The notes under the pieces are model-generated. The model had not been told where the DNA came from. It saw nothing but the letters and a program-made list of their open reading frames with translations, and did no database searches. A stretch of 64,000 nucleotides of DNA from an uncultured delta proteobacterium (lineage in GTDB: Bacteria; Desulfobacterota; Desulfobacteria; Desulfobacterales; JAFDCJ01), in NCBI GenBank assembly GCA_963769935.1, contig CAVYNY010000011.1:579032-643031 (forward strand), written 5' to 3'. The position numbers and the translations under genes are program-made. Numbering within the stretch: the first letter of the stretch is position 1; each line of letters starts with the position of its first letter. This document shows positions 31,688-44,061 of the stretch, piece by piece.

Positions 31688-32005
31688 AAGATGAGAAGAG
31701 CAGAAGAGCAGAAGGTGAGAAGATGAGAGGCTGGAAGGCGCTGACGCGCCGGTTTATTGGGTTTATTGAGTTTGTTGCGTTTGTTGCGTTAAAAAGCTGG
31801 AAAGCTGTTAAGCTGATGAGCTGATAAGCTCGTGAGTTCGTAAGTTCTTAAGCACCAACCCAATCAACAGCGCCACTTCTCCCCTTCTCAACTTCCCACC
31901 TTCTATCTTTGCCTCCGTGCGCCGTTAGCCGTGCGCCGTATGCCGTCGAAACCGCACACACTGAAATCCGCCTTTTACGCTATGCCCTTTGCTCTATGCT
32001 CTCCG
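31688..32005. repeat. Heptamer-periodic purine-rich/pyrimidine-rich inverted tract
   Basis: agaagat/agaagag units followed by cttctca/cttccca units. Also aagctga and tgcgccg units. Confidence 0.7.
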
Positions 32006-32227
32006 CCCGGCGTTATTGTTGCAATAAAGTTGACAACTGCGTTATTTTTATTGTAACATGTCAACAATAATACAAATTCATATAATTCCAGTCAGAAATT
32101 AAGAAAAAGCGAATTCCAGGTTCCGAGGGCCTGGAATTTTATTGTAAACATCCGGATCCAAAACCGAAAAATCGATTGCATTTCTTTAGCGGTTAAGGTT
32201 CCCAAAAGATTATGAGAGTGCAATAAT

Positions 32228-33727
32228 ATGGATAGCTTATCTGTCAATACCGATTCTTCCATCGATCGCCTTAAAGAGATTTCCACCTGGGTGTCATCGG
32301 TTCAGGACCTTGACCGACTCCTCGAGCTCATCATCGAAACAGCTACCCGCATGATGGATGCCAAGGCCAGCTCACTGCTGTTGTTGGATCAAAAGACCCA
32401 AAAATTGTATTTTAAAGTGGCCACCGGTGAAAAGAGTACCGACGTCAAACAGTTCGAAATCGATCTCGGACAGGGCATTGCCGGTCATGTGGCCGCCACC
32501 GGCGAACCCTTGCTGATTCCGGATGTCGCCCAGGACCCCCGCTGGTACAAAGAAATCAGCGAATCTATTGGTTTTAAAACTCAATCCATCGCCTGCGTAC
32601 CGATGAAGATAAATGGCGGCATCATCGGCGTGGTGGAAATTATCGACAAGGCCGACGGGGGTGCCATCCGGGAAGAAGACTTGAAAATATTGTCCGTGTT
32701 TGCAGATCTGGCGGCCCAGGCCATCGGCAATGCCCGCAAGATTGAACATGATAAGAGAGAAATCCAGGATCTAAAAAAAGAGCTGCAGGGCAAATATGAA
32801 ATTGTGGGCGAAAGCAAGGCGCTGCGGAAAGTTATCTCCGATGCCATCAAGGTCGCCAATTCAAAATCAACGACCCTCATTCTGGGAGAAAGCGGCACCG
32901 GCAAGGAATTGCTGGCCCGGCTGATCCATCGGGCCGGTGCCCGCAAAGATGAACCCATGATCGTCCTCAATTGCGCGGCTCTGCCGGAAACGCTGCTCGA
33001 AGATGAATTGTTCGGCCACGAAAAAGGCGCCTACACCGGTGCCGCCAGCCGCAAAATCGGTAAATTTGAACTGGCGGACCGGGGTACCATTTTTCTGGAT
33101 GAAATTGGAGAGATGAGCCCGAGTATGCAGACCAAACTGCTGCGAATTTTACAGGAAGGCGTTTTTTACCGGGTGGGAGGCAACAAATCGATACCCGTTG
33201 ATGTGCGGGTCATATCAGCCACCAACCGCAACATTGAAGAGGACGTGGCCCAGGGACGGTTTCGGGAAGACCTCTACTACCGCATCAACGTCGTTCAGCT
33301 CCAAATGCCGCCCTTAAGGGAGCGCAGGGAAGACATCCAGGTGCTGGCTGAATATTTTTTAGATATTTACAAGAATGAAAGAGGCATATCGGATTTGACC
33401 ATCTCCAAAAAGGCTATGGATCTCATGATCCAATATGACTGGCCGGGCAACGTGCGAGAAATGAAAAATGCGCTGGAGCGGGCAGTCGTGATGGGCAACG
33501 GCAAACAGATTATGCCCGAAGATCTGCCGACGTTTGCCTGTCGGCCGCAGTATCCCGGCCTGGAATTGGGACTGACGTTAAAAGAGGCCATCGACGCCTT
33601 TAAGAAAGAATTCATCAGCCTGAATCTCAGACATACCGGCGGCAATCGAAGCCTGGCTGCCAAAAAAATGGAAATTCAACGGACCTATCTGTCACGGCTG
33701 ATTGCCAAATACGATATTGGGGAGTAA
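32228..33727 (+). CDS. GAF-containing sigma54-dependent enhancer-binding protein
   Basis: N-terminal GAF, GESGTGKE, ELFGHEKGAYTGA, FLDEIGE, WPGNVRE, Fis-type HTH. Confidence 0.94.
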   Translation: MDSLSVNTDSSIDRLKEISTWVSSVQDLDRLLELIIETATRMMDAKASSLLLLDQKTQKLYFKVATGEKSTDVKQFEIDLGQGIAGHVAATGEPLLIPDVAQDPRWYKEISESIGFKTQSIACVPMKINGGIIGVVEIIDKADGGAIREEDLKILSVFADLAAQAIGNARKIEHDKREIQDLKKELQGKYEIVGESKALRKVISDAIKVANSKSTTLILGESGTGKELLARLIHRAGARKDEPMIVLNCAALPETLLEDELFGHEKGAYTGAASRKIGKFELADRGTIFLDEIGEMSPSMQTKLLRILQEGVFYRVGGNKSIPVDVRVISATNRNIEEDVAQGRFREDLYYRINVVQLQMPPLRERREDIQVLAEYFLDIYKNERGISDLTISKKAMDLMIQYDWPGNVREMKNALERAVVMGNGKQIMPEDLPTFACRPQYPGLELGLTLKEAIDAFKKEFISLNLRHTGGNRSLAAKKMEIQRTYLSRLIAKYDIGE

Positions 33728-34138
33728 AAGATAGAAGATTAGAAGCTGAGAAGATGAGAAGGTGAGGGCATCGAAGATGCCCAGCTCATAGCTCATAGCT
33801 GATAGCTCATAGTGAAAGGATGGGAGATAGGAAGCTGAGTGGATGAGAAGATGGGAAGATGGGAAGATGGGAAGATGGGAGGTTGAGAATTTGGGAAGCT
33901 GGTAGCTGATAAGCTGATAAGCTGGTGAGCTCTTAAGTTAGTAAGCACAACCCAATCAACTTAATCAACTTTGCTAAGCTTTCAGGTTTCAAGCCTTGCG
34001 GCTTCCAAGCATCGCAGCCGTGCGCCTTTTTCCTTCATGCTATCAGCTATGAGCTATGAGCTGGCGCTCCAGCCCCCCCGCAACGTGCACCTCGCACCCC
34101 GTATCCGGCAGCCAGCATCGAGCATCCAGTATCCAGAA
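33728..34138. repeat. Heptamer-periodic intergenic tract
   Basis: gctcata/gctgata, gggaaga(t) x3, gctatga and gcatcca units. Confidence 0.7.
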
Positions 34139-34143
34139 TTAAT

Positions 34144-34159
34144 TGGAATGTTTTTTGCT
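34144..34159 (+). promoter_or_regulatory. Putative sigma54 (-24/-12) promoter
   Basis: TGGAAT-GTTTT-TTGCT, with GG at 34145 and GC at 34157 (12-nt spacing). Confidence 0.55.
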
Positions 34160-34385
34160 TAAAACTAGGTGAACATAGCTTTAACCCTAACGTTGCAATA
34201 GCCGGAGGGGAAACAACATGGCAAAATCGACCCCATCCTTCGAATTCACCATTGGAGGTATCTAAGAATTTGTCATTTTGCTATGATATTGGCTATAATT
34301 GCAGACCATTATCTAATCCTTGCCATGTTGTTTATGCAATTAAGGGGTTAACTCATTCATGTCCGCCATTGTCCAGGGGGAAGCC

Positions 34386-34994
34386 ATGAAAAGATATCAC
34401 CTGTTGCTGGTAGATGACGATCCTTTTATACTCGAAGGCATCGGAGACGACCTGGAGAACAATGGCTATCAAGTAACCCGGGCCACCAGCGGAGAAATGG
34501 CTGTGAACCTGCTTGAATCCATGGATTTCGATATGGTCATTACCGATCTTGTCATGGAAAGCGCTGGCGGAATTAAAGTCTTGCAAACGACCAAACGGGT
34601 AAACCCGGCAACTCAGGTGATCATTTTAACCGGATACGGCGACATAGAATCGGCGATTGCGGCCCTGCGCAATAATGCCGATGATTACCTGCTCAAACCA
34701 TGTGAATCCCAAGAGATGATATTTCGGGTGAAAAATTGCTTGGAAAAGCTGGAATTGGCGCGAAAAGTCAGCCTTTATCAAAAAATTTTGCCAATGTGCT
34801 GCGTTTGTAAAAAGATACGAGACGACTCCGGCAAAAAACCCGGCACAGGCGAATGGATGAGAATAGAAGAATTTATCCACGAAAAAGCCAATCTTGACAT
34901 AACCTCCAGTTATTGTCCGGATTGCGCTCAGAAAACCATGGCCGATTTTATCCAAAAAACCCGAAGCCCTGCCCCCCTGCCCCAAAAACCATGA
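34386..34994 (+). CDS. Response regulator (REC) with C-terminal Cys-rich domain
   Basis: LLVDDD, ITDLVM, DDYLLKP, then PMCCVCKKIRDD...W...YCPDC. Confidence 0.9.
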   Translation: MKRYHLLLVDDDPFILEGIGDDLENNGYQVTRATSGEMAVNLLESMDFDMVITDLVMESAGGIKVLQTTKRVNPATQVIILTGYGDIESAIAALRNNADDYLLKPCESQEMIFRVKNCLEKLELARKVSLYQKILPMCCVCKKIRDDSGKKPGTGEWMRIEEFIHEKANLDITSSYCPDCAQKTMADFIQKTRSPAPLPQKP

Positions 34995-35111
34995 GCGTCC
35001 TTTTATTTCCAGTTGTCTAAATAACCGGATTGTGTTTAGATATTATATATTCGGCGCCTGATTCACAACAACATCATGTATATAACAATTTGGAACTGAA
35101 GGAGTTTTGAA

Positions 35112-35975
35112 ATGATTTCTAATTTTGCCAAATCCTGTATGGTACTGGCAGCTTTGATCCTCTTGTCGAACGCTTCCCGGGTCCAGGGCGCGGTTGAAAT
35201 CGACCTTGAAAAAACATTGAAACCCGACGCAGCGCCCATCGACGTGGCGGTTTCGCCGGACGGTAAATCGACCTTCGTACTTACCGATAAAGGCACCGTG
35301 CTGATATACGACGAACAGGGCGATCTAAAAGACACCATCAATGTGGGTTCTCACATCGATCGAATTGAGATCGACCCGAGCGGTGAGCGATTGTTTGCCG
35401 CCAGTCGACAAAATAAAACCGTAGATATTATCCTGCTGAACTTTATCCAGGAGATAAATACTGCCGGATCACCTGTTAAAGGCGCCGAAACTGCGCCGGT
35501 CACCATCGCGGTCTTCAGTGATTATGAATGAGGGTACTGTGCGAATTTAGTTCCGCAACTTGAGCAGTTGCTCGAGAAATACCCCGGCAAAGTGAAACTG
35601 GTGCATAAAGACTTTCCCATTCGATCTCATAGATTTGCCCTCAAAGCCGCCATGGCGGCCCGGGCGGCCGGCCGTCAGGGCAAATACTGGGAATTTCACG
35701 ACGAGCTTTATAAAAATTACAATATTCTCAACGATGAGAAAATTAACGAGATTGCAAAACAACTGGGATTGAATGAAACCGAATTTCAGCAAGAGCAGAA
35801 AAATCCCGAAATCCTCGAGCAAATTCGGCAGGATTATGAAGAGGGCATCCGTTTGGGATTAAGAGGTGTACCGACTGTTTTCATCAATGGCAAAAAAATG
35901 CGGCAGCGCGATATGGAAACTCTGGGGACCGTTATCGACGCCGAGTTGGAAAAAGCTAAGGGAGCGGGGAAATAA
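35112..35975 (+). CDS. Secreted DsbA-family thiol/selenol oxidoreductase, selenoprotein (UxxC)
   Basis: ORFs 35112-35531 and 35568-35975 are in one frame. TGA 35529-35531 sits at the first Cys position of VFSDYE-U-GY-C. Downstream motifs KDFP, WEFHD and cis-Pro GVPT. N-terminal signal peptide. Confidence 0.88.
35555..35571 (+). promoter_or_regulatory. Candidate bacterial SECIS hairpin
   Basis: GCAACT-TGAGC-AGTTGC. The loop starts 29 nt after the UGA and has G at its second position. Confidence 0.5.
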
Positions 35976-36322
35976 GAAGATAAGAAGATAAGAAGAGCGA
36001 GAAAGTGAAAAAATGAAACCGTGAAACGAGGAAACTGGGAAACGGGGAAACGGTGAGAAGAAAAGAAGATGAGAAGATCAGAAGATGGGAAGATCAGACG
36101 GTGAGATGATGAAACGGGGACCCGGTGAGAATATAGGAAGCTGATAAGCTCGTAAGTTTGTGAGCGCGAACCATCACTATCAAGCTTCAATCAACTTGCG
36201 CGCCAGCCCGCTCACCTTCTCCACTTCCTTACTTCCCTGCTTCTATCTTTTAAGCGCCAGCGCCGCTCACCTTCTCCCCTTCTCGACTTCCCCGCTTCTC
36301 CACTTCTCAACTTCTCCGCTTC
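35976..36322. repeat. Heptamer-periodic inverted tract between convergent genes
   Basis: agaagat/gaaacgg units on the left, cttctcc/cttccc units on the right. Confidence 0.7.
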
Positions 36323-37975
<1,653 letters not shown>

Positions 37976-38054
37976 TCAAGGCTGCGCGTTAGGTGTTTAT
38001 GCAACATTAGAGTCATAATTGTTATTTCTTTGCATTTTATGAAAAATTTTTTCA

Positions 38055-38172
38055 TCACGAAAATACGAAGTCTAGAAAACACGAAATTTATCTTTTCCCG
38101 TTTTCGTGTTTTCGCCTGCCCCGTTAAACCTCTTTTTTCTGTTTAACCGGGGTCCTTTCGTGCTTTCGTGAT
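38055..38172. repeat. cacgaaa/tttcgtg inverted repeat with nested ccccgttaaa...tttaaccgggg element
   Basis: atcacgaaaatacgaa...acacgaaa versus tttcgtgttttcg[insert 38115-38152]tcctttcgtgctttcgtgat. Confidence 0.65.
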
Positions 38173-38218
38173 TAATTTCTTTTTTGGTTCTCAGCCGCTG
38201 GCGGATCCGAGTTAGGGG

Positions 38219-39202
38219 TTATTCAAAAATGTGCTTAAACTCTTCGATGGTTTTCTGGATCTCGCTCGGCTCTTCAGGCGCGCCGGATGCGGCCGGCGGC
38301 GGGGAGATCGTTCGGGGATAGACCATCTCCAGATGATCGATGTCGAACAGCTCTTTTGAAAACGTCGCGTTTTCCTCAAAATTTTCGGCCTGGTTGACGC
38401 GCACCAGGTTGTCGTCCTGATAAAACTCAATTCGCGACGGATAGCGGGTTTCGCCGATGTTCCACCAGGTAAGATACCGCACCTCCACTGTATCCGAATC
38501 AGCGCCGCCATTGGAACCTTTGATGATCAGACGCAAGGGCAGGAGCGTTTCTTTATCAACCCAAAATTGATTCGCCGATTCATCCGGGTATTCGGCCCCG
38601 AGGACATATGCAATCTTATCCTCAAACCGTCCCAGGCTCGAAATCGACACATCCACTCCCAGCTTCGACAGTCTATCGGATAGCGCCGGGCGTGAGCGGT
38701 ATAACAAAATATCTTTATAAAGCTCAAATCGATTGGCAGCATCCGGCACGATATTCCCATCGATTATCGTCAGGGTCCGGCCGTGGGAAAAGATAAAAAT
38801 ACGCTCCGAATTTTGGGATCTTGCATCCGAGCGAAAGGCATCTGAAAAAACAAATCTCAGAGACCCCTCGAGTTCAATCGTCTCCGATGCCGGAACCTTT
38901 TTATAGGTTGCGAAGCGTGCGGCCGCCTGAATGGCGCCGCCACCGGCATCGGCATTGGTCTGCGGCGCATCAGCCGTTGCAGAAGTTGAGGCAGCGGCGG
39001 AAGGGGCCATCCGATGAAAAATAAGCTTCTGCGAGACAAAAAGAGTTTCGGCCACCCCCAGCTTTTCGACCATCAAATCCAGCACATGGCGCCCCTGAAG
39101 CACATAAGCGTGGCTCGGGGAAATAAAAACAAATGTAATGGCAAAAAACAAACGAAAGTTAATCTTTATTTTACTTTCATAGACGACCCAATTTTGCTTC
39201 AT
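38219..39202 (-). CDS. Exported hypothetical protein (possibly LolA-like fold)
   Basis: Signal peptide (SHA-YVL), FWVDKETLLPLR and YPSRIEFY motifs reminiscent of lipoprotein-sorting folds. Confidence 0.65.
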   Translation of the reverse strand: MKQNWVVYESKIKINFRLFFAITFVFISPSHAYVLQGRHVLDLMVEKLGVAETLFVSQKLIFHRMAPSAAASTSATADAPQTNADAGGGAIQAAARFATYKKVPASETIELEGSLRFVFSDAFRSDARSQNSERIFIFSHGRTLTIIDGNIVPDAANRFELYKDILLYRSRPALSDRLSKLGVDVSISSLGRFEDKIAYVLGAEYPDESANQFWVDKETLLPLRLIIKGSNGGADSDTVEVRYLTWWNIGETRYPSRIEFYQDDNLVRVNQAENFEENATFSKELFDIDHLEMVYPRTISPPPAASGAPEEPSEIQKTIEEFKHIFE

Positions 39203-39208
39203 ATACCC

Positions 39209-40557
<1,349 letters not shown>

Positions 40558-40774
40558 TTAACCTTAGTCGCCATCTTGAGCCTTGACAAATTTGAATGAA
40601 ATGTTACTCTGCTTCCACGCGTATGTCAAGCAATGACCGTTGCCGGTCGCGGCAATTTTTTCTTTTTTTTGCCGGAATATCCGGGAGATATCTATGGCGG
40701 CGCGGCATCGAAAATCCTGCCGGCCATAAAAACCCCGCCCGCGTGCCGGGCGCAGCGCAGGCAGGTACGAGCCA

Positions 40775-41022
40775 GGCCGCTGGCCCAAAAGACGGCCAGA
40801 TTAATCGAGAAAGAAACTTTTGGAAATTCGGAGCTCAGTTGGATTTACTATTAACGCCAACTTTAGACAGGCTTCAGCAGGATCGTTCGAGATACGGCCT
40901 GACGGCCGAAAGAGCCCCTCGCAGAGGCCGAGAGACATTCCTGTAATCCTTTGCCTGCAGGCGGCTGCCAACCCGAACCTCTGTGACCTCTGAGCGCTCT
41001 GTGTGAGATGTAGTTTCATATA
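40775..41022. repeat. Dispersed ~240-bp composite repeat, copy 2
   Basis: Same blocks, same orientation as 16275-16505. Confidence 0.8.
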
Positions 41023-41073
41023 AGCTGCAGGGCTCCACCGACCGGAAGCCGGCGTGCCCGGGCAAGGGGAACT

Positions 41074-41499
41074 ATGCAAGATAAGAAAACTGACTTATAT
41101 CAGGAAGCCCATCTTCTGGTTGCGGCCATCCGAATTTTCAATCACTTAAATTCACGGCCGCCGACTGTCGAAGACCTGTGCCGGACCATTCATATTTCCA
41201 TTGAGCGCGGAAACCTGATCTGCCGCAGACTTGAAGAATTGGGGATCATCGAGGCGGTGGCAGGATCATACGGCGCCCGCTGGTATATCAAGGACCATTT
41301 AAAGCTGGAAGACATCCCCCGGGGCGAGCCGGGAAGCAAACTGGACGATGAACTCAAAAAATTTCAGGATTCTCAGAAAGCCCTGTCCCAAAAAATAGAA
41401 TCTATGAAGGCCGAACAAAAGCAGAAAAAAAAGAATCTTTTTGCCGATATGGAAAAAAAGCTCAAAGAAGAACTGGAAAAAAAGATGCCCAAGTATTAA
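41074..41499 (+). CDS. Hypothetical protein with winged-HTH-like N-terminus and Lys/Glu coiled-coil tail
   Basis: PPTVEDLC...RRLEELGII pattern and a charged C-terminus. Confidence 0.75.
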   Translation: MQDKKTDLYQEAHLLVAAIRIFNHLNSRPPTVEDLCRTIHISIERGNLICRRLEELGIIEAVAGSYGARWYIKDHLKLEDIPRGEPGSKLDDELKKFQDSQKALSQKIESMKAEQKQKKKNLFADMEKKLKEELEKKMPKY

Positions 41500-41614
41500 A
41501 TATAATAATAAATTTTTTACTTGACATAAAATGCCCTTTGTCATTTACTAATGTATACATCCCCTTTAATCCGGATTGGTTATTACCCGATCGACATAAC
41601 TTAAAGGTTAATTA

Positions 41615-42085
41615 ATGGACATTGGATTGACAGGCAGCTCGAACATATATTACCGCAAAGTGATCCGCCGCGATAATGACGAGATTTCACTGGATGCGGA
41701 TATGATCCGCCTGTTGATTGCCGTTGATGAAAGCAAAAGCCTGAATCAGATTGCCGAAGAAGTGGATATGAGCAATACCGCGTTTAAAATTGCGCTGTCC
41801 AATCTTTTGCGGCAAGGCCTTATCGAACCCGTCCAAAAAGACCTGCTGGTGCTGGACAAATCATTTCTTGAAACACTTAGAATCAATTTATCAAAAGCGA
41901 TCGGCCCCATAGCCGAAATTCTCATTGCAGACGTTACCGAGGAAATGCAAGTGGACTCATCTGCCATCCCCATCAACCAGGCGGCCGAATTGATCACGCA
42001 ATTATCTCTTGAAGTCCCCGATGAAGAAAATCAAATGCAGTTTAAGAAATCTATGATTGCGATCCTGAACAAAATGCGAAGATAG
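41615..42085 (+). CDS. Winged-HTH-containing hypothetical protein (C-terminus resembles DUF8082)
   Basis: KSLNQIAEEV...LSNLLRQGLIE wHTH pattern and C-terminal LSKAIGPIAEILIAD helical motif. Confidence 0.7.
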   Translation: MDIGLTGSSNIYYRKVIRRDNDEISLDADMIRLLIAVDESKSLNQIAEEVDMSNTAFKIALSNLLRQGLIEPVQKDLLVLDKSFLETLRINLSKAIGPIAEILIADVTEEMQVDSSAIPINQAAELITQLSLEVPDEENQMQFKKSMIAILNKMRR

Positions 42086-42103
42086 GGCCAAGGAGCTTAA
42101 ACG

Positions 42104-43489
42104 ATGTTGGAAATAACCTGCGACGAATGCGAAAAAAAATACCGGGTGGATGAAACCAAGATGAAGGGCACGCAGGCTAAAGTAAAGTGCAAAGCCTGCA
42201 ACCACATTATGGTGGTTACCCGGCCCGGCCCGGAAGTCGGCCGGCCGCCTTCATTTTCTTCCGAAAATTACCAGCCATCCGTAACAGCCGATATACCGGT
42301 ACCGCCTCCGTCACAATCACAAAAGGTGCCGCAAAGCGTGGTTGAACGCTCCGGAGCCAAGACGGCAGAGCAGCCCGCCGCGCCGGAAAAAAGGGCAGCC
42401 GCATTAGTAAGCGGCCAGAAAATCCGTTTTGGTTTGTTTGCCAAAATAATCATTGTCATGCTGATTGTAAGCCTGCTGCCGTTGGCCGTCTTCTGGAGTA
42501 TAACGTTCAAGGAAACCAGCCAACGTATCCGTATTGAAACCGAAAATTTAATGGCCCAAACCGCCAAGGGGCTGGGAGTTCAGGTGGACAGCTGGATCGA
42601 CAACAATGTTTCGATCCTGCGGACGGCCGCCAACCTGCCGGAAATCATCAGCATGAATCGCGCTGAACAGGAGCCGGTGCTCAAGGTCATTCAAAAAGAA
42701 TATCCGTGGATGTACCTGGTATTTACCGTCGGGCTCGACGGCATGAACGTCGCCCGAAATGATGATCGTCCCTTAACAGATTATTCGGATCGTCAGTATT
42801 ACAAGGACGTGTTGGCCGGTAAAAAACTCAGCTGGCAGACCCTGATCGGCAGAACCTCCAAACAACCCGCTCTGGTGATGGCCGTTCCAATCAAATCGGG
42901 CGATACTTTGGTGGGAATCATGGCCGCTGCCATGACGATTGATGAAATTTCCAATCACATTGCCAATTGGCGCCAGGGAAAAACCGGGTTTGCTTTTCTG
43001 GTAGATGAAAAAGGCTATGTGATCGCGCATCCGGATAAACAGTATGTACTCAAACGCAAAAATCTTAACAACCATCCTCTCATTGCCAGCTTTCGCAAAA
43101 AGGGTTGGCTGACGACCACCGCCAAATTTAAGACCCCGGACGGGGAAACGGCATTTGGTTATGTGAGAAGCAATAATTACGGTTGGGCCCTGGTGCTGCA
43201 GCAACAGGATAAAGAGGTCTTCCAAGCTTTAAATCGGGTGCAGGAATTTGCCCTGATTTTATTGGGGTGTACGGTTTTGCTGGTGCTGGTTATATCCTGG
43301 TTCTCGGCCCGGACCATCGTGACTCCCATAATGAGCCTGACCGATGCCGCCGAGCGTATGAGCCTGGGAGATCTGAATGTCAAAATTGACATCAAATCAA
43401 AGGATGAGATCGGATTGCTGGCCCAGGCCATCGGCCGCATGCAGACCAGTTTGAGATTGGCCATGAACAGGCTGAGAAAAAAAAGATAG
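42104..43489 (+). CDS. Zinc-ribbon-TM-dCache-TM-HAMP membrane sensor lacking an output domain
   Basis: CDEC...CKAC (MJ0042-like), Pro-rich linker, TM, Cache motifs DYSDRQYY and FLVDEKGYVIAHP, TM, HAMP (DEIGLLA), then stop. Confidence 0.88.
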   Translation: MLEITCDECEKKYRVDETKMKGTQAKVKCKACNHIMVVTRPGPEVGRPPSFSSENYQPSVTADIPVPPPSQSQKVPQSVVERSGAKTAEQPAAPEKRAAALVSGQKIRFGLFAKIIIVMLIVSLLPLAVFWSITFKETSQRIRIETENLMAQTAKGLGVQVDSWIDNNVSILRTAANLPEIISMNRAEQEPVLKVIQKEYPWMYLVFTVGLDGMNVARNDDRPLTDYSDRQYYKDVLAGKKLSWQTLIGRTSKQPALVMAVPIKSGDTLVGIMAAAMTIDEISNHIANWRQGKTGFAFLVDEKGYVIAHPDKQYVLKRKNLNNHPLIASFRKKGWLTTTAKFKTPDGETAFGYVRSNNYGWALVLQQQDKEVFQALNRVQEFALILLGCTVLLVLVISWFSARTIVTPIMSLTDAAERMSLGDLNVKIDIKSKDEIGLLAQAIGRMQTSLRLAMNRLRKKR

Positions 43490-43688
43490 CCCTTTTCAAG
43501 TCTTCCACAACTCCCGGTTCAAATTCGATGGTGGTCAGCGAACCGGTAGAACCCACGATGGCAGCGCTAAGTTGTCCATTTTCTATGCCGGATTCCCGGA
43601 TTAACGCGTTAAGGGCCGAGGTGACGTCGCAAATATCCGGCCCGGTTTTCAGGCTGACTTCAATGGATTGACAAAACATGGATATCAT
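43486..43688 (-). pseudogene. 5' fragment of a YjbQ (UPF0047) family gene
   Basis: DICDVT...SGIENG...GSTGSLTTIEFEPGVVEDL. Similarity ends where it meets the stop codon of the opposing Cache gene. Confidence 0.75.
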
Positions 43689-43716
43689 CTTAATCTCCGA
43701 CTTCGAAAACTTATAA

Positions 43717-44020
43717 TGGAATGGATTCTATTCTTATAGCTATTGTAGACAGGATTACCTGGATTAAATGGTTGTCGTTCAACCGTTTTCCTGAAGAAAA
43801 CGGTCAAATCGAATCGCCTTCGGCCAATGGGAAAACGCCAATTTATTTCCTGGAAGTCAAATAATTTTCTGCATTGATTGATTCGGCTGTTACTGTTTTT
43901 TTCGCCGCCAGGCGAATTTGGTAGGATCACTTTCATCCGGAAAGTGATCCGAACAAAATATAATCCTAATAATCCCGTAAATCCTGTCTAATTATCTCTC
44001 CTAAAAACAGAATCCAAACC
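43717..44020. mobile_element. MITE-like element, gacaggat family, copy 2
   Basis: ggaatggattc...tagacaggatta / atcctgtcta...gaatcca ends, internal ttcgccgccaggcgaa and atcactttc...gaaagtgat hairpins. Confidence 0.7.
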
Positions 44021-44061
44021 TTAATGCTCCAGTGACCATCCATGGTAAGCGGACATTACCC

